From Cetorhinus maximus (taxonomy: Eukaryota): a DNA stretch of 64,000 bases. Under the pieces are notes generated by a model. It saw only the letters and a list, made by a program, of their open reading frames with translations. It did no database searches and had not been told where the DNA came from. The stretch is from positions 96,100,001-96,164,000 of the forward strand of contig NC_135896.1 in the NCBI RefSeq assembly GCF_964194155.1. The letters run 5' to 3'. Each line of letters starts with the position of its first letter. The first letter of the stretch is position 1. The translations under genes and the position numbers were made by a program. Below, one piece after another: positions 38,543-50,379 of this stretch.

Positions 38543-39280
38543 GTAAGTGAAACACATTTCATTTCTCAATAAATGCAGAAACTAATATTTTAAATATCCC
38601 CAATTGATAGTTTACTATCTTGGGTTGACTAAAAAAAAAACTAGCTCCTAAGGCTATTAAAAGGAACAGGAGTGGGTCATTTGTGCCCTGCCCCAATGCC
38701 ACCATCTGAGTCTGCTCTACCATCAGTAAGGTTGTGGCCTTAACTTTGCTTGCATAACTCTTGACTCCCTTGTAGATCAAAAAAGATCGAAAAACTTTCA
38801 AACTCAGCCTGGAATGCATTCAGTGACCCACCCTCCACTGCTCTCTCGTTTTTTCCTTATTCTCATCAAATTCCTGAGCAGACATGTAGAAAACTGTTGT
38901 GAACCTTTAGCTAGTTGTCACCTGGGCTTTGTAGTGAGTTTGTTACAGAGCAAGGATGTAAGTTATTGTATTGATCACTGATAATTTGCTGTTTTTCTTT
39001 GCTGTAGTCATCAAATGCCACAGGCTGACAGAAGCAAGATATGTGCACTCAGCCAGTTTCTGTCTGGGTTAAATTGTGTGGCAAAAGTACAGTAGTTAAC
39101 TCCCCTCCCCAAATTACGATGCTCCTTAAAGTGAAAGATGGATCAAGTTATCCATTTGAGGAGTAGGGAATCATGTTGTATTTCATATATTTTTAGAAGT
39201 GCGATATTTCTGAAACTTAAGCACTGATGAAATAATTTACCAGACAGCTTGACATATTAGTATTGAAATATTTGTTCTAG

Positions 39281-39374
39281 AAACATTGAGGCTTTGAAAA
39301 ATCAATTACGACAACTACGGGATCAAGGCTTTCATTTATCTTCAGTTCCAGGGTATACTGGAAAAGTAGCTAAG
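39281..39374 (+). CDS. KATNBL1: KATNBL1 coding exon 8
   Basis: RNIEALKNQLRQLRDQGFHLSSVPGYTGKVAK. Confidence 0.95.
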
Positions 39375-41502
39375 GTAGGAACTGTTTAACTGTTTCTTTT
39401 CTTCGATCACTCAATGCCACCACCGGCTACCCCTAAAACCATGGTCCAAATTTTGTAGTCAGTGATGAAGGCAAGGCTATCACTGTTAGTCATGCTGTTG
39501 GCCGTCACACACCCCTGCTGAACTTTTGAGCAGTATCTTGCACTTTTGGAGGTCATTTTCTGCACATCACCCTCTCTCTCAGATCTGTGTCTAGCAGGGA
39601 AAGAAACAACGAAGCTCTCTAACCTTGAAGAATCCTCGGAGACATGCAGGGTCCAAGAATTTTAAATGAAATTTAAATTGTGTACAGAAAGTGAAAGGGA
39701 GATTGGGGAAGAAAGATGGAATTTAGACAGAGACGAGAGAGAGAGACAAAAATAGAGAAGAATTTTTTTTTTTAAATCTCCACCACTAAATTCTGAAGGA
39801 ATGAGTCTGTCTACTTATAAAATTTTCAGTGCTAGAGTGGCTGTTTTCCACTGATGACTCCATTAAAAATTCACTCAGCCCTGAATGCACCAGCCCCAAG
39901 TTTTTCTGGCATTTTTATTTGACGCAATCACAGCATCACACCTTGATATGAATTTCAGTGCTGAGGACTTGCAACTCAGCCTGTGGAGGAGCACAACATT
40001 TGGGTTTTCATGTTTAATTGCGTGTGTGAGGACACCAGAAGTTGCTGTCCAATTTGCTGATAGCCTCACCGTTATTTCTATTGCAAAATCTTGGCTAATG
40101 CTCTCCTGCTCCAGTAGAACTTCGTTTTGGTGGTAGAGTTAACAAGGTGGTTAACCAAACAATTGCTATTATGGTTGATCTGCTTTCCATTGGGCACATG
40201 CTAGTGTTTTAAATTCCTTTCGACTCATCTGATTGCTGAATATAAAAGAACTACAATTGTAGTGTACTTCCAGTGTTTTTAAATGTTTTATATTGTGTTC
40301 AAATGTTAACTTTCTGAAAATTATGTTAATGTTTCCAATCCGTAAAGAAATAAGGGAGAAAGTGATGTTTTTCTTTCTGTATATGTCCACAGCACCCCCT
40401 TCCCAATCAAAATATCAGGCACATGTCTGATGAGATATAGAATAGAAATAAATCATTTGGCTCTTGTCTATGCTAATTTTCCTAGAATAATACAAAACTG
40501 TTCCCATTTCCTCACTGTTCCCCTTCCTGTGTATCTTCATTAGCTTCAAATTATGGCCTGTTCTCCTGTCTATAAAATTGTTCTGTAAGAACTTTACTTA
40601 CTTGCCTTTGCAATTTCAAGCAACAAGGGATTGTGCATTTACATTTTATTTCCTGCGCATTGTCAGCAGCATTCCATTGAGTTTTAACACTCATTCTCTA
40701 ATTTATTTCCCCCAAAATATTATCCCACACTTTATGTACATTAACTGTATGTCTGCTACAACTGCTACATCTTGGGTCCATTCCAGTAACCTATCCATGT
40801 TGATCATTAATGCTGCATCCTGGCAATTGTTATAAGAGTACGTAAGAGCCCCCTGTTTTATTGTCTTGTCTTCCTTTCCCATAGAAAGTAAAAAAGCATT
40901 TAACCTCTCCTCAGTGTAGGGCACTAGAAATGTTAGTGTGTTTTGTTGGTTTCACTGTCTCATGACTTCTGACATTTCAATTGAGTTGACATATTTATTG
41001 CCATCGAATGTGAAGATTGGAGTAAGAATGTATCATCAAGCTTTTTACCCCAAATTTCTTAAGGCCACCATGACAAAAAAATGGTTTTACCATTTTCCAT
41101 CAAAATAATTTTTATTCAATGATTGTGCTCCTTTGAATCTTAATTTTCAATTGCTCTATCGGCTAGTCAATTGCATTATTTGACAGAAGCAATAATGAAT
41201 GATGATGAAGCGATAGCTTTTTTCAGACAGTATTATAAATAGACAAAATATCAATTATTTGGAGGTGTTTTTCACGATTTCACCACATTTTATTTCCTAT
41301 AAATGACATTTGCCACTTGCTAATATAATAGATGAGATTGAACATTGCATCGAATCTTTGTATTTTGGTGAAGTGCGGCTACCTTCTAATCATTTAGTTT
41401 TGGATACAAGTGCCAGATTTGGTAAATATAACAGCAGCTTGCCTTGGTTCATACAAGGAATGTTTTAACATGTTGAAAATGTCTTTATTTTTGTTTCTGC
41501 AG

Positions 41503-41535
41503 AGTGTAGGGACTTACCTGGAGCAGCTGTACTAA
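41503..41535 (+). CDS. KATNBL1: KATNBL1 last coding exon
   Basis: Pyrimidine-rich acceptor, SVGTYLEQLY-TAA. The spliced CDS totals 930 bp (309 aa). Confidence 0.9.
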   Translation, partial: SVGTYLEQLY

Positions 41536-41983
41536 GTATATGCAGTATCCAGGGGACTTCATTTTTCAAGTACTATCAGCAGTTGCAAGCTGCTTCATGA
41601 CACCATATAAACCTCTTGTTTGTTGAAATGTTTGGGAGACCAGCACTGCAGAGAGTGGTCAACAGTAGGCTCAACACTAGATTGGTTGCGAAGAATGTTC
41701 AAAAACCACTATTGAACCCTATGAAGCTACTTCACATTGAAGTGGTTTATTTGCCGAAAGGCATATACTCGACTCCGTGAGCTGTGACAATGTTTTGCGT
41801 TCCAGATTCATGTAGCCTAACTTGGACAGGAGAAGGTCTGTTTTTCATTATTGTCGCACCAGTGCCAATCAGCTGCCACTGAAATGCTGCTTCAGTGCAT
41901 TTGGACACTATGAATGTATTTTCTGTATATTTGATTCAAGGTTGTGAAATTTGCGTATGATTGCAACAGTAAGTTATGATTTC

Positions 41984-42122
41984 AATAAAGAAAGCATCAT
42001 AGTAGAGCATGCAGCTGTACACTAATGTCAGTAAGGTGACCTTAACAAAATGTGCATAGCACTGTATTCTTTTAATTGAAACATTAAAGTAGACATTTCC
42101 TGTGAGTTTGCACTTAAATAAA
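41984..42122 (+). terminator. Candidate KATNBL1 polyadenylation signals
   Basis: AATAAA at 41984-41989 and 42117-42122 in an AT-rich 3'UTR. Confidence 0.5.
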
Positions 42123-42714
42123 AGATGCTATGTCTTAATGTAGTACTCATTGATGACTTGTGCATCGCTTTCTTTTATATGGAATTACTCTAAGTCGTAA
42201 GAATTTCTGCTTTGTACTTTTCATTTTGCCTTTGCTTTCCCATTAAGAAAAAACTCATTGCAGTGGCTAAGTATGAATAAATATATACAGTACTGTTGCA
42301 TAATTATGAAGTGATGAGCACAGCAATGATAATGGCACCACAATGTTTGGATTTTGAGATAAATGACAGTCTATGTCCAGATTGAACCCATGAAAGATGG
42401 CAGGACGGGCAATAAATAAAATAATTGTTTTGAGTTAAATAGCTTGTGGGTATTTTCATATCTGAAGATTTATTGGGTGATCGCAGGTTTAGGAATTATC
42501 AGTAACTGTCCAGGAGCCACACCCAGTTTATGATTAACAGTTCAAAATTTGGGATTAAACGTACATTGAGGTTGTAATAACTAGCTAGAAAATCTCAATG
42601 GTGTAATGCCCAGAGCTATTGTGGGAAACATACCTGAATTCATTTTTACATGACAAGGCTTTAATAATGAGATGCAGAGTTTGATATGTTCTGATTATCC
42701 AAATAATCTATTGC

Positions 42715-42848
42715 AAAAGCAAAATACTGCGAATGCTGAAAATCTGAAATTAAAACAGAAAATGCTGGAAATATCCAACAGGCTTGACAGCATCTGTAGA
42801 GAGAGAAAAACGATTACTATTTGAGTTCAGTGACCTTTCAGAACTGAG
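42715..42848 (-). mobile_element. Old short Penelope-derived insert
   Basis: AAAAGCAAAATACTGCG..GCTG..AAACAGAAAATGCTGG..CAGAACT. Confidence 0.7.
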
Positions 42849-44364
42849 TTCTGATTTAGATTAGCCTGAAACTCAAATGTATAAATAGGATTCACATCAG
42901 AATTATTTTTGCAGTGCAATCTTTTTTTCTAACATAATAGATACGACCAGTATCACTTACCTAAATGCAAAATTGCCTTCATCCCCTGGTTGAACAGTGT
43001 TAGATTTCCTTAGAATTCTTTAGGGACAGTCAAAATTGCTCTCCTGCCTTCCAGAATCTGCAACACTTCTTTCTGTCTATGCTCATAGCCCTTAACAATC
43101 ATCCATTATGTCTCTGATTCACTGGGATACATCAGTCATTCATCCCAGAATAAAGCCATACTACCACTCGCGCGTGCTCTCTCTCTCTCTCTCTCATCGG
43201 TAATTTCACATTAATCAAAGATGTGATTTGAATTTACCCCCATCCCACAGCTTTCCCTACTGCTGCAAGGCAGTTATAATTATTCTCAGCTCAAGCACAC
43301 CCAATTGGAATGAAGTAAAGGTATCACCTACCTGTTTTTCTTCTACTCCCACCCCCAGAGAGTTTGGGGATATTAAGGGTAGATAAACTGCAGTCCACTG
43401 CAACATTCACTTTCCCATTTCACCCTAATCTCTGCTTTTAGAATGGAGGCTTTGCTCTTTTGATTCTTTTGTACAGATTCACATGTGGCAGCTATTTTAT
43501 TTTGGATTTCTGTCATCCACAGTATTTTGCTTTTGTCTTGGGCTTTTCCCTCGCTTTGGTGCTCTCAACACCAGCTACATCCCAGTCTGGCAGCTACATC
43601 CAGCGGGACTCAGGCCAGCTCGGTCCAGTTGTGGTGCAACCAAGCTACTCTCCATGTTGGGAGTTTAACCCGCAGTGCGTTTTGTGCCCATCCAACCCTC
43701 ATTGCTTCTTCCAAATAGTTTAAGATGCAGTGCATCTACAGCCGCATGTGAATTCTAAAGGGATTGTGCAATGCAAAAAGTCAACCATGCACAGCAAACA
43801 AGTTAAAGGGAACATGGCTTGCTACCACAAGTAGTTGAGGGCGAGGTGGCTAGCATAGATGCATTTAAACACCTGCAAGAAAGAAGTAGGTTATTTAACA
43901 GGATGAGATGGAGGAATGGGAGGAGACGCAGAGCATAAACACTGGAAATGACCAGTTGAGAAAATGGTCTATTTCTATGCTGTACCTTGTGCAAAATTAG
44001 TACTGTACAATTTTCCCCTGTACATTCCCAGTTTGATACTATTCTAATCCACTGCACCAACAGGTTCTAGTACACCTGTTCGCGTTTAACTTGCACAATT
44101 TAGTTGTTACAGTGACGGGTAAACTTCAGCACAGGCACACACCTATTGTTTTCCTGAAAAGCAGAGCATAATTAAGTAGCTTAGCAGTTTGAAAAGCCTT
44201 TTTTAGCTCGAGGCATATTGTGCAGAACTGGAACTTGTTAGTCAGTGGTTACATGTGTTAATTATTAGGGACTGAAAGCAAAACCTGCAGTATTGCATGA
44301 GTTATATTCACAGCCCAGTTTTTCAGTATTAAATTTGAGTGATATAAGGGATGGATTCTCTTTA

Positions 44365-44740
44365 GAACATGAGAAATAGGAACAGGAGTAGACCATTTGG
44401 CCCTTTGAACCTTCTCCTCCGTTCAATAAGATCATGGCTGATCATCTTGTGTTTCGATTTCCACATTCCCATCTCCCCGATAACCTTAGATTCTTGTTAG
44501 GCAAGGAAATCAATCTACCTCTGCCTTAAAAAATATTCAGTGACCCCCTTCTCCACTGCCTTCTGAGGCTGAATGTTCCAAAACCCCTCAACCCTTGGCA
44601 GGGGTGGGGGGGGGGGGGTGGGATTTCTCCCCATCTCTGCCCTAAGAGGGCGACCCCTAATTTTAAAACAGTGCCGCCCTAGTTCTGGACTCACCCACAA
44701 GAGGAAACATCCCTTGACGTCCACCTTGTCAAGGCCGTCA
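44365..44740 (-). mobile_element. CR1-type LINE 3' fragment
   Basis: CR1 3'UTR plus ORF2 end (FKIRGRPL..EM), followed by a PLE tail at 44743-44808. Confidence 0.75.
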
Positions 44741-45454
44741 TTCCTGCTGAGTTTACCAGCGTTTTGTTTTTATTTTAGATTTCCAGCAGCCGCAGTATTT
44801 TTCTTTTATCTATGTTCATACTTTGGACAATGACACCTTCACTATGTGAAACTGAACCAACGAGGGCAGGACAAATGTACTGATATATGCAGAAAATTTG
44901 CTTTTGATATGCATAGAGAGCCAACCCAGTGCATCAACATGAAACGTGGTCCTGTGTGATTGGCTGAAAACAACTACTATATAGAATAGAGAATAGAACA
45001 GTATTCTCTATAGCAGAGTACTCAAATAAAAGTGGTTCCACATTCCTCTGGGGGGGGTGGTGCAGGAGGGTGGAGACAAACCCCTAACAATTTACAGAAT
45101 TAAGTGTGGAGGATATTGCGGCATCTTCAGAAAATATTTTGAGTGCATTTGGTTGAAACTGGATATTCACGTGCATTTTTTAAAGATCCTGGATAGTCTA
45201 ACTTGGTTATTCTGAATGTTTTCCTAAATTGTTGATGAGCAACCACAATGCAAAGAGCCCATGGTTTTACCGGAAGTGATGTGCAAGTTCCGGCGCACCC
45301 AAAAAATAAATACTGAGCAGCTTAATTAAATAATTGAAACATAGCAGAACCAGCCCCTATACCAAAACTGACACCATAAAAGTTGACGTCGTGCTCACAT
45401 TTCACACGTGGAAATAAATGCAATAATGTCCCAATAGAAGTACACTTTTTTTAT

Positions 45455-45825
45455 TTGTTCACGGGATGTGGGCGTCGCTGGCTAGGTCAGCATTTATTGC
45501 CCATCCCTAATTGCCCTTGAGAACTGAGTGGCTTGCTAGGCCATTTCAGAAGGCATTTAAAAGTCAACCACATTGCTGTGGGTCTAGAGTCACATGTAGG
45601 CCAGACCAGGTAAGGACGGCAGATTTCCTTCCCTAAAGGGCATTAGTGAACCAGATGGGTTTTCACGGCAATCAGCAATGGTTTCATGGTCATCATCAGA
45701 CTTCGAATTGCAGATTTTTTATTGAAATCAAATTTCACCATCTGCCAGGGTGGGATTTGAACCCTGGTCCCCAGAGCATTACCCTGGGTCTCTGGATTAC
45801 CAGTCCAGTGACGCTGCCACTGCCT
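45455..45825 (-). mobile_element. tRNA-derived SINE with LINE-family-A 3' tail
   Basis: Reverse-complement head has B box GGTTCAAATCC. The 3' ~65 bp (45455-45520) match the LINE family A terminus. Confidence 0.75.
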
Positions 45826-46994
45826 CCCCCTCTATCAGTACAAACCAAAATAAAAATATTTCTATGTAGTAAAAGTCCTTGAAGCATATGTACAGTAAAA
45901 TAAATAGACTTTAGATGTTGGCTCACTTTAAGCTGAACAAAACAGGTCTTTCAAAAACACTGAAGATATAGAAATAGTCATATGGTGCAAAAACATGCTT
46001 GTTTACAATAAAATCACAATGCAAACTGCTGCAAATATTTAGAATATTCTATTTAATACATAAATGTACTGATAATACCTCTTGTGTGCTTCATGCACAC
46101 AGTCTATTTTGAATGTAATGTCCTCTTGAATTGTGAAGTCTTATTTTGCTGCTTAAAATTAAGTTTTGTTCCAATGAAGACAGAATGTCAGTGTAAAAGC
46201 TGTGGATGTGTGTACAGTAGTTATATTTCTAAGGTGCTATGAATTAGTGCCGGAAGTGGTGAAGTAGCCTCTTGGGATTCACTTGCGTAAATTGATCAAG
46301 TTGAAAATTTGCGTCGGACCTAGACCATGTGCCGATGAATTCAACCAGCAACTCTTACTTTTAAGCATTCAAAACAAAACCTGATCATTTTAATGTAAGT
46401 GACAGCTTGCATTTATTGGGTGCCTTCAACATGGTGAACCTGTCATGGTGCTTTGCGACCTTATTTAGTAACCCCTTGTGTGATGCTTAAGATACACAAT
46501 ATCTTATATTATGTGTGTCCGACTTCCCTCATTCAAAATAATAAAGATGGTGAGATATGACCTCCACAAGCTACATTCTGGTTTCTGAATGACTGCTCAA
46601 CCAAAACGTTCATACAGTGCATCTCTCAAAATCTCCAAGCGACCAGCTTTTAGTTTTTTGTCACCTTTGTTATTCCACAAGAAACCTGTAATTCACGCTG
46701 TTTTCTGCCATAAAGATACATCCTTCATTAACTACCTCCAACTGTCAACAATCACAGGAAGCTGGTTGAGAACGGTTTTATTTTGGTAAAGGTATCTGTG
46801 CCAATGAAGATAATAGAAATGGCACTTAAATATGAGATGTACAAAAAAAATTAGTGATGAAACAATGAAATCAAAAAGTGGATTTGACAAGTAATATTTA
46901 CAAATCCAAGAATAAATTAACATTTTGCTGGGCAGGATATGTCCAATACTTCAATATTTTTTCTTCTTTCATGGGATATGTGTTGCTGGCCAGG

Positions 46995-47975
46995 CAAACT
47001 CAGCAGGTCTGGCAGCATCGGCGGAGAAGAAAAGAGTTGACGTTTCGAGTCCTCATGACCCTTCAACAGAACTGAGCAATATCAGGAGAAGGGTGAAATA
47101 TAAGCTGGTTCCTCAATCTAATTGCCCTTGAAAAGTTGGTGGAACTTTTGCAGACTTATGTGGTGTAGGTACAGCCACCATGCTGTTAGGGTGGGAGTTC
47201 CTGATTTTTCATCCAGCGACAGTGAAGGGATAGTGATAAAGATCCAAGTCAGGAGGCTGTGTGGCTTGTACAGTAACATGTATAAAAACAAAAAAACTAC
47301 TGCGGATGCTGGAAATCCAAAACAAAAACAATTACCTGGAAAAACTCAGCAGGTCTGGCAGCATCGGCGGAGAAGAAAAGAGTTGACGTTTCGAGTCCTC
47401 ATGACCCTTCAACAGAACTGAGCAATATCAGGAGAAGGGTGAAATGTAAGCTGGTTTAAGGTGGGGTGGGGGAGAGAAGTTGGGGGTGGGGTGGTTGTAG
47501 GGACAAGCAAGCAGTGATAGGAGCAGATAATCAAAAGATGTTACAGGCAAAGGAACAAAGAGGTGTTAAAGGTGGTGTTATTATCTAAGAGAATGTGCTA
47601 ATTAAGAATGGATGGTAGGACACTCAAGGTACAGCTCTAGTGGGGGTTCTGTTGAAGGGTCATGTTGGACTTGAAACGTCAACTCTTTTCTTCTCCACCC
47701 ATGCTGCCAGACCTGCTGAGTTTTTCCAGGTAATTCTGTTTTTGATGTGGGCAAGAGAGCAGGGTGGAGTGTTAAAATGGCAAGCGATAGGGAGGTTTGG
47801 GTCTTTCTTGCGGACAGACCACAGGTGTTCTGCAAAGGGGTCGCCCAGTTTGCGTTTGGTCTCTCCAATGTAGAGGAGACCGCATTGGGAGCAACGAATG
47901 CAGTAGACTAAGTTAGGGGAAATGCAAGTGAAATGCTGCTTCACTTGAAAGGAGTGTTTGGGCCCTTGGACGGTC
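46995..47975. mobile_element. Cluster of Penelope fragments (two - strand 3' ends, one + strand HHR/tail piece, - strand GIY-YIG piece) interleaved with LINE family A
   Basis: HHR motifs at 47035-47073 and 47381-47419 (-) and ~47647-47684 (+). VYCIRCSQCGLLYIGETKR on the minus strand at 47745-47975. Confidence 0.82.
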
Positions 47976-48535
47976 AGTAACATGTAGGCGGTCGTAAAAG
48001 GGGAAGGATGACCTTGGGGGTTGCCACTGATGGGCAAAGGGGACTCGCAAAGGGAGGTTCTTCAACCACCTCCCCCACCCCCCAGCCCTCACTCCCTTGC
48101 CTGACACCATCCTGCACAGCTAAAGCTGCTTGGCGTGGGCCTCCCCTGCTGCAGGTACAGGTAAAATAGGGGCTGGCATAGGGCCTCAATAGGGTGAGCC
48201 TGACGCCTCCATTTCCCCTGACACCACCCACACCCTCTGCCCTAGAGTTTGGGGCAGGTGGCGGGCAGGCCATGTGCTGCATTTTACGAGCGCCCAGTCT
48301 CAAACCCACGGGCAGGGCAGTGTAATATCCAGCCTGATGCTTTCATCCACAGATGTCTGTCTCTCCACAGATGCTGTCCGACCCGCTCAGATTTCCAGCA
48401 TATCCGCAGTATTTTTGCTTTTGGCTGTGCATTGATTGATTTATTAAACAACTGAAGGTGTGTGTGTGTCCTTTGTGTTGAGCTTTAATGCTTGTAATTT
48501 AAAAAGGTGCCACAATGATTTGAGCCAGAGAGGGG

Positions 48536-48549
48536 CCAATGATTGACAG
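48536..48549 (+). promoter_or_regulatory. Overlapping CCAAT box and PBX-PREP/MEIS decamer TGATTGACAG
   Basis: GGCCAATGATTGACAGC at the upstream edge of the EMC7 minisatellite. Confidence 0.45.
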
Positions 48550-48594
48550 CTGAGGCTGAGAGGGGTGGGGGGGGAGAGACTGTGAGACACTGGG

Positions 48595-49975
48595 AGAGAG
48601 TGAGGAAGCGGGGCGAGTGGGGTCTGGGGGCGGGGCGAGTGGGGTCTGGGGGCGGGAGTGAGGGGGCGGGGCGAGTGGGGGGAGAGAGTGAGGGGGCGGG
48701 GCGAGTGGGGGGAGAGAGTGAGGGGGCGGGGCGAGTGGGGGGAGAGAGTGAGGGGGCGGGGCGAGTGGGGGGGAGAGAGTGAGGGGGCGGGGCGAGTGGG
48801 GGGAGAGAGTGAGGAGGCGGGGCGAGTGGGGGGAGAGAGTGAGGGGGCGGGGCGAGTGGGGGAGAGAGTGAGGGGGCGGGGCGAGTGGGGGGAGAGAGTG
48901 AGGGGGCGGGGCCAGTGGGGGAGAGAGTGAGGGGGCGGGGCGAGTGGGGGGAGAGAGTGAGGGGGCGGGGCCAGTGGGGGAGAGAGTGAGGGGGCGGGGC
49001 GAGTGGGGGGAGAGAGTGAGGAGGCGGGGCGAGTGGGGGGAGAGAGTGAGGGGGCGGGGCCAGTGGGGGAGAGAGTGAGGGGGCGGGGCGAGTGGGGGGA
49101 GAGAGTGAGGGGGCGGGGCCAGTGGGGGAGAGAGTGAGGGGGCGGGGCGAGTGGGGGGAGAGAGTGAGGAGGCGGGGCGAGTGGGGGGAGAGAGTGAGGG
49201 GGCGGGGCGAGTGGGGGAGAGAGTGAGGGGGCGGGGCGAGTGGGGGAGAGAGTGAGGAGGCGGGGCGAGTGGGGGAGAGAGTGAGGAGGCGGGGCGAGTG
49301 GGGGGAGAGAGTGAGGGGGTGGGGCGAGTGGGGGAGAGAGTGAGGAGGCGGGGCGAGTGGGGGGAGAGAGTGAGGGGGCGGGGCCAGTGGGGGAGAGAGT
49401 GAGGGGGCGGGGCCAGTGGGGTCTGGGAGGGTGAGTGAGTGGGGTCGGGGGGGGTGAGTTAGGGGGCGGGGCGAGTCGGGTCGGGGGGGGTGAGTGAGGG
49501 GGGCGAGTGGGGTCGGGGGGCTGTTAGGGGGCGGGGTGAGTGGGGTCGGTGGGGGAGAGAGTGAGGGGGCGGGGCGGGAGTGAGGGGGCGGGGCGAGTGG
49601 GGTCGGTTGGGGGAGAGAGTGAGGGGGCGGGGCGAGTAGGGTCGGAGGGGAATGTGAGTGAGGGGGCGGGGCAAGTGGGGTCGGTTGGGGGGAGAGAGTG
49701 AGGAGGCGGGGCGGGTGTGAGGGGACGGGGCGAGTGGGGTCGGTTGGGGGTAGAGAGTGAGGGGGCGGGGCGAGTGGGGTCGGTTGGGGGGGAGAGAGTG
49801 AGGGGGCGGGGCGAGAGTGTGAGGGGGCGGGGCGAGTGGGGTCGGTTGGTGGGGAGAGAGTGAGGGGGCGGGGCGAGTGGGGTCGGTTGGGGGGAGAGAG
49901 TGAGGGGGCGGGGCGAGAGAGTGAGGGGGCGGGGCGAGTGGGGTCGGTTGGTGGGGAGAGAGTGAGTGAGGGAGG
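48595..49975. repeat. ~29-30 bp G-rich minisatellite (GAGAGAGTGAGGGGGCGGGGCGAGTGGGGG)n upstream of EMC7
   Basis: About 1.4 kb, roughly 40 units. Longer ~40-bp variant units with GGGTCGGTT occur in the 3' part. Most units contain GGGGCGGGGC. Confidence 0.95.
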
Positions 49976-50008
49976 CGGGTTCAGTCTCTCACTCCCACCG
50001 GGACCAGG

Positions 50009-50202
50009 ATGGCGGCGGGTTGCTCCCGGCTCCTCTGTTTGCTGATGGCTCTCAGGCTGGGCTCCGGTTCCGAGGCGGAGGGCGGCGCCGGGGAGAAGTT
50101 TAAAATCGAGGGTCGGGCGGTGGTGCCCGGCGTCAGGCCGCAGGATTGGATCCACACAGCCCGGGTGCTGGTGGAGGGAGAGGAGCATGTCGGCTTCTTC
50201 AA
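50009..50202 (+). CDS. EMC7: ER membrane protein complex subunit 7, exon 1
   Basis: Signal-peptide-like [15 protein letters not shown], then [30 protein letters not shown]. Donor AA|GTAAGG. Confidence 0.96.
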
Positions 50203-50379
50203 GTAAGGAGAGGCCGAGGCCTCGGGACTGGGGCCTAGGACCGGGGACTGGAGCTGGGGACCAGCCCTGGGCCTCACCCTCCTCCTGTTTAATGGTGATA
50301 GGGTCAGTCTTGCTCTGAGCAGCCTGGGGAGGAGGATCTGACTCCTTCCCCCACCTCAGGAAACAAAAGGCCATCCACT

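Noticed and set aside
39443-40095. Possible further MITE with GGTCCAAATTTTG / CAAAATCTTGGC ends
   Set aside because: TIR match too weak and no clear TSD.
45740-45825. tRNA gene
   Set aside because: B box present, but no complete cloverleaf, and it continues into a SINE body. The same applies to the heads at ~5940, 6135 and 13656.
48485-50374. 629-aa proline-rich ORF on the - strand
   Set aside because: Translation of the C-rich strand of the minisatellite, antisense to EMC7 exon 1. It is stop-free only because of base composition.
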